Shown: positions 5,793 to 12,854, counted from the first letter of the stretch. The stretch: DNA of 14,503 nucleotides from a virus (IMGVR_UViG_3300031952_000007:1-14503); one strand, 5' to 3'. The notes: generated by a model from the sequence alone, not told the origin. Made by a program: numbers and translations.

Positions 5793-8537
5793 CATATGTT
5801 CAATTAAGCACGTTACCTCTTAATCAGAATCCTTTGGAATATTTTTATTAACCCAATCTGCAAATTTTATCATTTCAGAATTATTAGCACAACTTTTCAT
5901 CATATTTGCTAAATGACTTATAACTCTTACATTAGTTTTAGTATAGCCCCCTTTTGCATCTATCCTATCTAATGCTGGAGAATTATTTTGTCCTCCTGAA
6001 ATTCCTGTTTTGCAAATTAATTCTAAACCTAAAACTGGGCAATATTTTGGTATAATAATATCTTTTACAGTTAAATCAAAATCTAAACCTTTTAATTTAG
6101 CTCGACCTTTTGCTCTTTGTAACATTTTTGATTCAGGATCTGTACATTTTACTCGTTCTGAATTACATTTATTACAAAGAGTTACTGTTTTTGAGGTTTT
6201 TAAGAACATTGTGCCACAATTAGTACATTCTCGTTCTGTCTCAGATATTTTATAACCTTCTCGATTTACTCTCATAATTTTGTATTTTTACAAAGTTACA
6301 AAACTTATTCGAGATTTCCAAATTTTCATCAATATATTTCTATATTGTTCAGACTATATCATCACCCTTTTCAGGGGCTCTGTGCTTCCACTCACTTGAG
6401 TGTACGTCTTTCGACTAGTCGTTGAACCTTCCTATTTCTAGGCTCGGCTGCTGATTGTCTTCACCATTATGTGGTCAGAGTTTCCAGCAATTCTCAGAGT
6501 TTTAAATCTCCACAAAGTTTAGAGATTACAGAATTGATATGGACGTAAACCAATCTCACAACAAGGATTTGTACCCCAATCTTTATTATTGGTCCAATAG
6601 ATTCCTGGTTCACCACTTCCTGAAGCTTCAATTCTTTTCCACAAGTCCATGAATTCTTTTTCTCCAAATTGTCCTCTCTCAAGAACAGCAGAATTATTAC
6701 TTCTACCTCTCTGCTCATTCAGTTCCCACCAATTACCATATTTACATGTAATCATTTCTTCATCATCATGACTAAATAAAGAAATCATAGCACTTCTACG
6801 AATACCACCAGCCAATACACTATTAGCTATGTGACAAAGGATATCGTGGCATTCTAATGGACTTAATTGCTCTCCTTCATGCTTTCTATCAAGAACTGCT
6901 TGAACGTGCGTTAAACACAGTTTAAGAGGCTCTGGACCAGGTGCTTTACCACCAGCTGTAACTAGTCTTGCTCCTTTTTCACGAACAGCTCTAAAATCAA
7001 AGCTAGGAAGAAAAGAACCTTCCAAATAAGCTTTCATTAACACTTTAACAGCATCAGCCCATCCCATAATAGAATCTTCTACAAGATAGTTTCTCTTCTT
7101 AGATGGTTTCTTGATAGCAGGTAATTGTGCAACATGATGTTTCTGTACAGAAAATCCTACCAAATGTTATCCTAAAGGCTCTTTATCCTTTAGTTCTACA
7201 GTTTTATATATATCTGTAGGTCGGACTATATCATCACATATTTCTATGTGTCGGATGTTCGTGGAAAGATTATATTCTTATTTCTAAGTTTCACTTTCTA
7301 GTCTCTGAACTCGCATTAGTCATTTAAACTAATGATAAGCTGCTGATTGTCTGCTTCACTACAGATTTTCCAGCAATTTATCCGATTTTAAACGGGCATA
7401 GGATTTGATAATTTTGTTTAAATACTTTCCCATTTTGTAAATATCTACGTATTTGTGTAATAGATGTTTTTAAATACTCTGCTAAACTTTTATAAGATTC
7501 AAATTCTAGTTTTTCTAAAGTTTCTATATTAAAAAGAATTACTTTTTTATTTAAACAACTCATGTCTTTTTTTAAGACATAGACATTTGGATTTTCTCCA
7601 TAAGTTATTTGATAATTTTTCCATCTTTTAACTTTTTTTGAAAGAACTTTTTCTAAACTAGAATAAGGAATTTCTAATTGTTTTGAACATTGACTAAGAG
7701 ATTTAAACGAATTAATAAAATTTCCTTTTAAATCAAAAACAGAAATAGCAGTTTCTCTTGTGGGTTTAATTTGTCCACTTTTATACTTATTTTTTAAAGT
7801 ATTGCTTATTTTTTGTTTCTGTTCAATTGTAATAATTTTATTAACACTTCCTTCACCCCTATCATCAAGATTTACTAAATCAAAACCAAACTTTAAGCAT
7901 TTAGATATTAATTCTTGTTCGTATAAATGAGACTCTTTCCACCCCCTTATTTTATTAAATAAAATTATTTTTGGAATAAGTCCTTTTTTTAACAAATTTT
8001 GAATCCAACAATCCTTATGGTTATTTTTAAATTTTGATTTACTAAGATGTCCGTTCAACCTAGTACTCAAAGAACATTTTGTTCTTCCTATATATCTAAT
8101 TTTATGAGATATAGGATCTATTAATACGTAAATTTTAACTTCCATAATAAATGTTTTTACAAATATATGGAAAAGATTTTAAACTACCAAATTTATTTTT
8201 GTTTACCCGTTCCTCCAAGAAGCAAGAACATTGTTTCAGAGAAGCTATGTAAGCTATCTATTGGTAGGAAACAACAGTTGTAAATTCTAGCATTATTCAC
8301 TTCTGCAGCACTTCCTGCAAATTGTAATGCTCTCATAGAAGGCAACACCTTCTTCTCTCTAATCATCTTAGCACTCTTAACTATGCCCTCTTCTAAAGAG
8401 GGATATTTCTTGATCATCATGTTTTGATAGCGATCAACTATCTCATCCCAATTTTCTCTTCTTTTCTCTTGAGGTAAATACTTTGCATACTTACTAAAAA
8501 TTGTAATTTTACTTAATGCCTCTAGTCCTAAATCCAT
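4915..8537 (-). CDS. nrdJ: Class II (adenosylcobalamin-dependent) ribonucleotide reductase, monomeric RTPR type; spliced join(8537-8205,7160-6521,5792-4915), 616 aa
   Basis: Splicing restores LLLGGTG|VGFSV and FCNL|CEVN in frame (333+640+878=1851 nt). Motifs: PSMR, YNCCF, AGGIRRSAMISL, TNPCCEI..RPYQFCNL, KPSGTTS, C-terminal CAGGAC. Confidence 0.93.
5820..6275 (-). CDS. Intron-encoded His-Me-finger (HNH-superfamily, DR..GY..N type) putative homing endonuclease
   Basis: Lies wholly inside intron 2; N-terminal CTNC/CNKC zinc ribbon; core SPALDRIDAKGGYTKTNVRVISHLANMMK. Confidence 0.8.
   Translation of the reverse strand: MRVNREGYKISETERECTNCGTMFLKTSKTVTLCNKCNSERVKCTDPESKMLQRAKGRAKLKGLDFDLTVKDIIIPKYCPVLGLELICKTGISGGQNNSPALDRIDAKGGYTKTNVRVISHLANMMKSCANNSEMIKFADWVNKNIPKDSD
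6291..6322 (-). promoter_or_regulatory. Intron-internal promoter for the intron 2 endonuclease
   Basis: TTTG (6322-6319)-N20-TAACTTTG (6298-6291), 15 nt before the ATG at 6275. Confidence 0.8.
6521..7160 (-). CDS. nrdJ: nrdJ exon 2 (active-site region)
   Basis: VGFSVQKHH...LVTAGGKAPGPEPL...AGGIRRSAMISLF...SGSGEPG...TNPCCEI...FCNL; carries the thiyl-radical NPC cysteine and the CNL cysteine. Confidence 0.92.
7378..8145 (-). CDS. Intron-encoded GIY-YIG homing endonuclease with NUMOD-type C-terminal DNA-binding repeats
   Basis: KIYVLIDP...RYIGRT...RLNGH...LYEQELI...LVN catalytic pattern; EQKQKISNTLK (NUMOD3-like); two HTH-like repeats (ISVFDLKGNFINSFKSLSQCSKQL; LFNIETLEKLEFESYKSLAEYL); visibly more AT-rich than the flanks. 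Confidence 0.9.
   Translation of the reverse strand: MEVKIYVLIDPISHKIRYIGRTKCSLSTRLNGHLSKSKFKNNHKDCWIQNLLKKGLIPKIILFNKIRGWKESHLYEQELISKCLKFGFDLVNLDDRGEGSVNKIITIEQKQKISNTLKNKYKSGQIKPTRETAISVFDLKGNFINSFKSLSQCSKQLEIPYSSLEKVLSKKVKRWKNYQITYGENPNVYVLKKDMSCLNKKVILFNIETLEKLEFESYKSLAEYLKTSITQIRRYLQNGKVFKQNYQILCPFKIG
8160..8191 (-). promoter_or_regulatory. Intron-internal promoter for the GIY-YIG gene
   Basis: TTTG (8191-8188)-N20-TATATTTG (8167-8160), 14 nt before the ATG at 8145. Confidence 0.8.
8205..8537 (-). CDS. nrdJ: nrdJ exon 1
   Basis: MDLGLEALSKITIFSKYAKY...RRENWDEIVDR...VLPSMRALQFAG...IYNCCF...LLLGGTG; start at ATG 8537 (the ORF-track extension to 8606 runs through the promoter/terminator). 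Confidence 0.92.
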
Positions 8538-8558
8538 AAATGTTTTGTTTTGTGTTTG

Positions 8559-8607
8559 TAAAAAATAAGGGGATGCGAATTTAACACATCCCCTTGTAAA
8601 AACCAAA
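8559..8607 (-). promoter_or_regulatory. Terminator hairpin with the nrdJ promoter embedded in it
   Basis: 11-bp stem AAGGGGAUGUG-UUAAAUU-CGCAUCCCCUU (8595-8567) then AUUUUUU; overlapping TTTG (8607-8604)-N20-TAAATTCG (8583-8576). Confidence 0.75.
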
Positions 8608-8621
8608 TTATTTGAACATTA

Positions 8622-8873
8622 TTAATTAACTAATTTCCTTATAATTATTCCTAGTTCAGTATCATTTGGATGCTTGTTAACCAATGTTGTTATTTCCTTT
8701 TCTAAAACCATTAACTTCTGTAAATACAGGGTAGCATCCATCAATTCCTCCTGCAAATGCTTTAAATAATTGTCTTTATTGTTTGTTTCAAGTGTTGTAC
8801 CATATTTAGTAATCCCCACTTGACTTCTATCTAAATACTTTCCAATAACATCTTCTACTATTTGATCTCTCAT
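8622..8873 (-). CDS. Small all-alpha protein, possibly MazG-like nucleotide pyrophosphatase
   Basis: RSQVGITKYGTTL...YLKHLQEELMDATLY with an EExxD acidic cluster; a common phage family; activity is inference. Confidence 0.5.
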   Translation of the reverse strand: MRDQIVEDVIGKYLDRSQVGITKYGTTLETNNKDNYLKHLQEELMDATLYLQKLMVLEKEITTLVNKHPNDTELGIIIRKLVN

Positions 8874-8875
8874 GA

Positions 8876-9559
8876 TTACGTTGTTTTAATTACAAATCCT
8901 GTTTCATCCTTTTTTGCTTGTCCTTTAGCTCTAAGACCAATTACATGTCCTTTTGGATCTAAGAATCTAACATCGCTGCTATCACCATCATATACAGGAA
9001 ATCCTTTCCATTCAATAGGTAGGTCTTTCCCTTTCTTAGTGTCAAAAACTACAGCTACATTTGTTCCAAGATTCAAAGCTATTTCACATTCAGCTTCATT
9101 TTGCTCATTCTTACTAAATGTAATATGATAGTTCTTTGGCATTTCTTTCTCTAACCTATTTAACACTTTCGTATAGTCATAGAACTGTACATCAGAAAAT
9201 TCATCCATAAGACCAAATCTTGTCCATTCAATATCAGAAGTTCCATTAAGCCTTATAGCTGGAATCATATCGTTCTTCTTAGCTTTTCTAATAATGAACT
9301 TTATATCTTGTTTCAAGAGATGCAAGAAAGCATCTCTCTTCTCAAAGAAAAGTTTTGTTCTTTCTATTCTAGCTTTTTGCACTGTACTGAAAGCACCATG
9401 TCCTGCTGTATATAAGCAAGACTTGGTACATCCTTCAGATCTTCTTGGACAAACTTCATATCCAGATATAGCAGCAGGAGCTAATGATAGTATTCCTGTG
9501 AGCACTCCAAGCTCTTCTCCTTTCTCTGTTTTATAATTGCTTGTTGATAGTAGATACAT
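8876..9559 (-). CDS. GP88-like phage protein (Cys-triad, possible Fe-S enzyme)
   Basis: LSLAPA...VCPRRSEGCTKSCLYTAG, AIRLNGTSDI, FYDYTK, NVAVVF, DGDSSDVRFLDP, GLRAKG: pattern recalled for the gene product 88 family. Confidence 0.7.
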   Translation of the reverse strand: MYLLSTSNYKTEKGEELGVLTGILSLAPAAISGYEVCPRRSEGCTKSCLYTAGHGAFSTVQKARIERTKLFFEKRDAFLHLLKQDIKFIIRKAKKNDMIPAIRLNGTSDIEWTRFGLMDEFSDVQFYDYTKVLNRLEKEMPKNYHITFSKNEQNEAECEIALNLGTNVAVVFDTKKGKDLPIEWKGFPVYDGDSSDVRFLDPKGHVIGLRAKGQAKKDETGFVIKTT

Positions 9560-9921
9560 TATAATTTTTCATTTAAGATTTTAAATGCATACTCAATAGC
9601 TTCCTTCTCAGCATCCTTTCTACCATCGTACATTTTTGTATCAGATGGTTGATCTCTAATAAACCAACTAAATTTAACACCTTCCCATACACTAATTTGA
9701 ATGTACACTTTATGTCCATCAAATACATCAAATAACGTTCTTGATGATGTATCTATAATAGCTCCAATTTGTGGATTCTCTATAGATTGTTCTCTCACAT
9801 AGTCTTTAAAATCTTCTGGTAGGTTATCATCATTAATTGATTCTAGCATTTTTTCTAGATACCATTGTTTAACTACTAATGCTGCTTTTGGATATTCATC
9901 CAATAATTCTAATCCTGTCAT
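9559..9921 (-). CDS. Hypothetical protein (120 aa)
   Basis: ORF with TAATG coupling to the downstream gene. Confidence 0.75.
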   Translation of the reverse strand: MTGLELLDEYPKAALVVKQWYLEKMLESINDDNLPEDFKDYVREQSIENPQIGAIIDTSSRTLFDVFDGHKVYIQISVWEGVKFSWFIRDQPSDTKMYDGRKDAEKEAIEYAFKILNEKL

Positions 9922-9932
9922 AATTTTAATTT

Positions 9933-10139
9933 TTAAATTGAGCTAATCTTTACTAATTCTTCTCCTTCTTTGTGCCACCAATCTCTTTCAAAATCATATT
10001 CTACACACTCACCATCACCAGATTTAATACAGTCTGCATATAGAATAGCATTTTTAGCACTTTCCATTTGGCAAAACAGAATAGCATTTGCTATTCCGAA
10101 CTCTTTGATTAATAAATTTAATATACTACTGTTATACAT
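9933..10139 (-). CDS. Hypothetical protein (about 68 aa)
   Basis: In operon orientation; ATG 10139 overlapping the upstream stop is preferred over 10157. Confidence 0.6.
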   Translation of the reverse strand: MYNSSILNLLIKEFGIANAILFCQMESAKNAILYADCIKSGDGECVEYDFERDWWHKEGEELVKISSI

Positions 10140-10686
10140 CTTCTTTAAGTTTATCAAGGTTTAAAATTTCATCTTCTTCATTATATCCATGCCAAACTTC
10201 TTGATCTGGATCAAAAGTTACATCAAGCTTCTCTTCCCAGAATTTAACCATGTCCTCTGTTTTATTAAAGACACGATATTGTAAAGATATTTCTTCTCTG
10301 TTTACTCCACTTTTAACCAATTTAACAATCTTGGGAAACAGTAATTGAAATTCTTTAGAAGTTTTAGAATATTGAGATTGCTTTACAAGTTTAAAGTCCT
10401 TGCTGTATTTAGTATTTAACTTGTATACAACTACAATATACCCATCTTCATAATCATAATCATCAATTACAGACTTGGTCCTTTCATATTCTACATCAAG
10501 AAACTCTTTGAACTTGTCAAGATCAGAAGGCTTAAACAATAAATAGACACAGTTGTCATAACTCACTGCACCATCTCTACCATCTTTAACATACCCATTG
10601 AGAAACCCATTCTCCTTTAGTTTAACCTTATCAATCTTTAAGGTGGGGACCATAAAAATAGTGGTGATTGTCTTTTTTACTTCCAT
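10132..10686 (-). CDS. Conserved hypothetical phage protein (184 aa)
   Basis: ORF with stop/start overlap with the exonuclease gene. Confidence 0.75.
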   Translation of the reverse strand: MEVKKTITTIFMVPTLKIDKVKLKENGFLNGYVKDGRDGAVSYDNCVYLLFKPSDLDKFKEFLDVEYERTKSVIDDYDYEDGYIVVVYKLNTKYSKDFKLVKQSQYSKTSKEFQLLFPKIVKLVKSGVNREEISLQYRVFNKTEDMVKFWEEKLDVTFDPDQEVWHGYNEEDEILNLDKLKEDV

Positions 10687-11744
10687 TAGCCTTTCAAATT
10701 TACTTGTCCGTTATTAATATAATTCTCTCTTGAAATATTCCATGTATCATTTTCAATAGCCCATTTAAGATCTACAATCAATTGCTTAACACCTGGATAG
10801 ACTCTACCTTTATGTTCAAAACCATTGTACGCATCATCCATATCAACATCTGTTAAAGTGTAAATCAATGGATTAAAGTAGTTAGTGGAGTCACAAACAA
10901 TAAACTTAGGATGTAAGATTGTATATCCTTTTAGATCACCAGCAGCTTTGATGTCTTCACATGCTTTGTAATATAAATAAGCTTGGATGTAGCTTCTTCT
11001 ATAAAGATAATATTCTTCATAGAAACCTTCTACAGCCCAAACACATTTAAGATCATAAACTTGAATTGTTTTTTCATCATGATCAATAACAAGTTTATCC
11101 ATCATGCTCTTAAAATTATGATTGTCTACAACATATCCTTCAATCTGCAATTGGTTATGCACTTCATAACGTATACTCCTAACCAAATTAATGATTTTAC
11201 TTGTAGCAAAGTTTGTTTTTAACTCTTTTACAGTCTTTTCAGCATTATTTACATCTTCTACTGTTACCACTGTAAGATTATTACTCTGTACTTCTCTAAG
11301 TTCTTTATAAAAGATTTCAGCATCACTTCCTACAAACTTAGCAACCACAGCTTCAAATTTAATCTTAAATCCAGATTCTACATAAGCATCTCTCATTACA
11401 GCATCAAAATCTCTTGTAACATTACCTTCCTCATCTGTAGCTAATAATGTATGTTTATACAGAGCTTCTACAAAAGCTAACATAAGCCCTGTAGGACTAC
11501 TTGTACATACAGACATATAAAACCTTCCATCAAACTCTTCAGGCTCTAATAACAAGGTTTCCACAATCCTACCAATAGTAGCAGCTTTGTTAATCTTCTC
11601 TTCTACTTTCTCACCTAGAATATATCTACGATGATATTTCTTTCTGTCCATACAGAATTCTTTCAATGATGAAGAGCTATCCATGTTTACAGCTCTATAC
11701 ATTGCTTCTGTTCTTTTTCCTTCTACCCCTTGTGATTTTGACAT
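10686..11744 (-). CDS. PD-(D/E)XK (RecB/ExoVIII-like) exonuclease
   Basis: SSSSLKEF and GRIVETLLLEP N-terminal pattern; catalytic KSMMDKLVID...YDLK and YIQAYLY (Q-x3-Y) motifs; start at ATG 11744 preferred over 11780. Confidence 0.8.
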   Translation of the reverse strand: MSKSQGVEGKRTEAMYRAVNMDSSSSLKEFCMDRKKYHRRYILGEKVEEKINKAATIGRIVETLLLEPEEFDGRFYMSVCTSSPTGLMLAFVEALYKHTLLATDEEGNVTRDFDAVMRDAYVESGFKIKFEAVVAKFVGSDAEIFYKELREVQSNNLTVVTVEDVNNAEKTVKELKTNFATSKIINLVRSIRYEVHNQLQIEGYVVDNHNFKSMMDKLVIDHDEKTIQVYDLKCVWAVEGFYEEYYLYRRSYIQAYLYYKACEDIKAAGDLKGYTILHPKFIVCDSTNYFNPLIYTLTDVDMDDAYNGFEHKGRVYPGVKQLIVDLKWAIENDTWNISRENYINNGQVNLKG

Positions 11745-11754
11745 AATATTTGTT

Positions 11755-11976
11755 TTATTTAATGATTTCAATTTCTCCAAATGTTTCTATCCATAACTTA
11801 CAACCATCATTCAATGGATCATCTGGACTATACACAAGCTTACTGTTTCCTACAATTCTAATCTCATGAGCATATTCAGTTTTGTTATAGCTCTTGATAG
11901 TAAACACAGGATTATTTGTTTTATTCTTCTTATTAAAAGATAACATATTTCTATTTATATGAATTCTAGTCTTCAT
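11755..11976 (-). CDS. Small conserved phage protein
   Basis: IHIN...PVFTIK...LVYSPDDPL.DGCKLWIET pattern recalled from many phage genomes; function unknown. Confidence 0.7.
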   Translation of the reverse strand: MKTRIHINRNMLSFNKKNKTNNPVFTIKSYNKTEYAHEIRIVGNSKLVYSPDDPLNDGCKLWIETFGEIEIIK

Positions 11977-12209
11977 AATGTCTGTTTAAATGATTCAATA
12001 ATTTGAGGATATAACATTCTCACTTCTCTTGGAACATTCTTAAAAAACCATCTCACTTCTAATTCATAATCATTATCCTCTTCCACTTGTCTAATAGGAT
12101 GTAATAACCAGAATTGATGCTTAAGCCCTTCATGTTCTACATATCCCTCATGCCAATTCTCTTGGAATGCTGGGATTTTGTTAATACTTATTTGATTAAT
12201 TTGACTCAT
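11973..12209 (-). CDS. Hypothetical protein
   Basis: ATGA overlap with the downstream gene; ATG 12209 preferred over 12251. Confidence 0.65.
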   Translation of the reverse strand: MSQINQISINKIPAFQENWHEGYVEHEGLKHQFWLLHPIRQVEEDNDYELEVRWFFKNVPREVRMLYPQIIESFKQTL

Positions 12210-12441
12210 TTGGTATCCATTTATATGCGTACAATTTGTAATCTTTACCACCTGGGATTTTACTCTTAAAAGTTATATCTGAAATCTTAAGATTTCTCAT
12301 CTTTAACTGTGTAGGATTTAAAGTCATTGATTTACCATCATGAACAACAATACAACTATCGTTACGATTGATACAATCTAATACATTATAATCACGCAGC
12401 TCTACATTTCCATTATAGAGTTTCTTCACTGTTAACCTCAT
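12196..12441 (-). CDS. Hypothetical protein (81 aa)
   Basis: ATGA overlap with the upstream HNH gene. Confidence 0.7.
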   Translation of the reverse strand: MRLTVKKLYNGNVELRDYNVLDCINRNDSCIVVHDGKSMTLNPTQLKMRNLKISDITFKSKIPGGKDYKLYAYKWIPNESN

Positions 12442-12854
12442 TTTGTTTTTTCGTTTTGAGTTTTAATATTGTGACAGTCGGTACACAAACATTGTAAATT
12501 TTCAATTTCACAGAATAATCTTTCTACAAATCCTGGTAGATCATTAGCACACTTTAAAGATCCAGCACCTACAATATGATCAACGTTAATTTTCTTCTCA
12601 ATAAACCAATCTTTACATTCGTTACATTGATATTCAAACTTCTGACGTTTGTTAGGACCTTTATAGATGCGTTTAGCTTCAAGTTTACATTGCGTAATAG
12701 GTTTCCACCATCTACTCTTTTGTCTGAGTCCACTTCTAATAAATCCCCAGAAAGCACTCTCACTCATTGTGCCAGCATTTCTAGTTTTCTCTACTTTAGC
12801 AACTCTCTTCTTTGCAACTTTCTTAGGAGCTGCTTTCTTCTTTCTAATAGCCAT
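12438..12854 (-). CDS. HNH endonuclease (free-standing, Zn-binding)
   Basis: YQCNEC...INVDHIVGAG...ENLQCLCTDCHNIKT; start at ATG 12854 (the extension to 12902 runs through a hairpin). Confidence 0.8.
   Translation of the reverse strand: MAIRKKKAAPKKVAKKRVAKVEKTRNAGTMSESAFWGFIRSGLRQKSRWWKPITQCKLEAKRIYKGPNKRQKFEYQCNECKDWFIEKKINVDHIVGAGSLKCANDLPGFVERLFCEIENLQCLCTDCHNIKTQNEKTK

Larger units (their letters stand above)
5793..6520 (-). ncRNA. Group I intron 2 of nrdJ (728 nt, IA2-like), endonuclease ORF in the P9 region
   Basis: Exon ends in U, intron ends in G. P1 AAUCUCU/GGAGAUU with U-G at the splice site. P AAUUGCUGGAAA (6492-6481), Q AAUCAGCAG (6456-6448), R GUUCAACGACUA (6427-6416), S GAUAUAGUC (6360-6352). 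P3 CUCUG/CAGAG; P7.1 GUC-GAAA-GAC; P7.2 CACUC-AAGU-GAGUG. Confidence 0.93.
7161..8204 (-). ncRNA. Group I intron 1 of nrdJ (1044 nt), GIY-YIG ORF inserted in the P1 loop
   Basis: Exon ends GGU, intron ends AUUUG. IGS GCCCGUUU (7397-7390) pairs with exon GAACGGGU (U-G at the splice site). AAAUCCUAU (7406-7398) pairs with 3' exon GUAGGAUUU. P 7378-7367, Q 7348-7340, R GUUCAGAGACUA 7310-7299, S 7232-7224; P3 UCGGAU/AUCCGA; P8 CACAUA-GAAA-UAUGUG. Confidence 0.94.

Noticed and set aside
1442-6255. Short ORFs 1442-1651, 3782-4009, 5010-5204, 5108-5374, 6010-6255
   Set aside because: Antisense or alternate-frame shadows of phoH, recA, nrdJ and the intron ORF; no motifs or leaders
6635-6643. Second DnaA-box-like 9-mer (TTTTCCACA)
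   Set aside because: Inside nrdJ coding sequence, isolated, expected by chance; no box cluster suggesting an origin
6494-6718. 74-aa - strand ORF overlapping nrdJ exon 2 and intron 2
   Set aside because: Alternative-frame shadow of the RNR active-site region, no motif
5793-8204. Inteins or group II introns as the RNR insertions
   Set aside because: The insertions are not in-frame protein (stops at the junctions, no C...HN intein ends); no GUGYG/AY ends, domain V or reverse transcriptase
4915-8606. RNR as a pseudogene, a naturally split multi-subunit enzyme, or a product of stop-codon recoding
   Set aside because: The gaps hold complete group I P/Q/R/S cores with U|G junctions that restore the frame exactly; the interrupting stops are TAA, and other genes read normally in the standard code
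8538-8606. N-terminal extension MVFTRGCVKFASPYF of the exon 1 ORF
   Set aside because: Runs through the terminator/promoter hairpin; ATG 8537 has the typical A-rich leader
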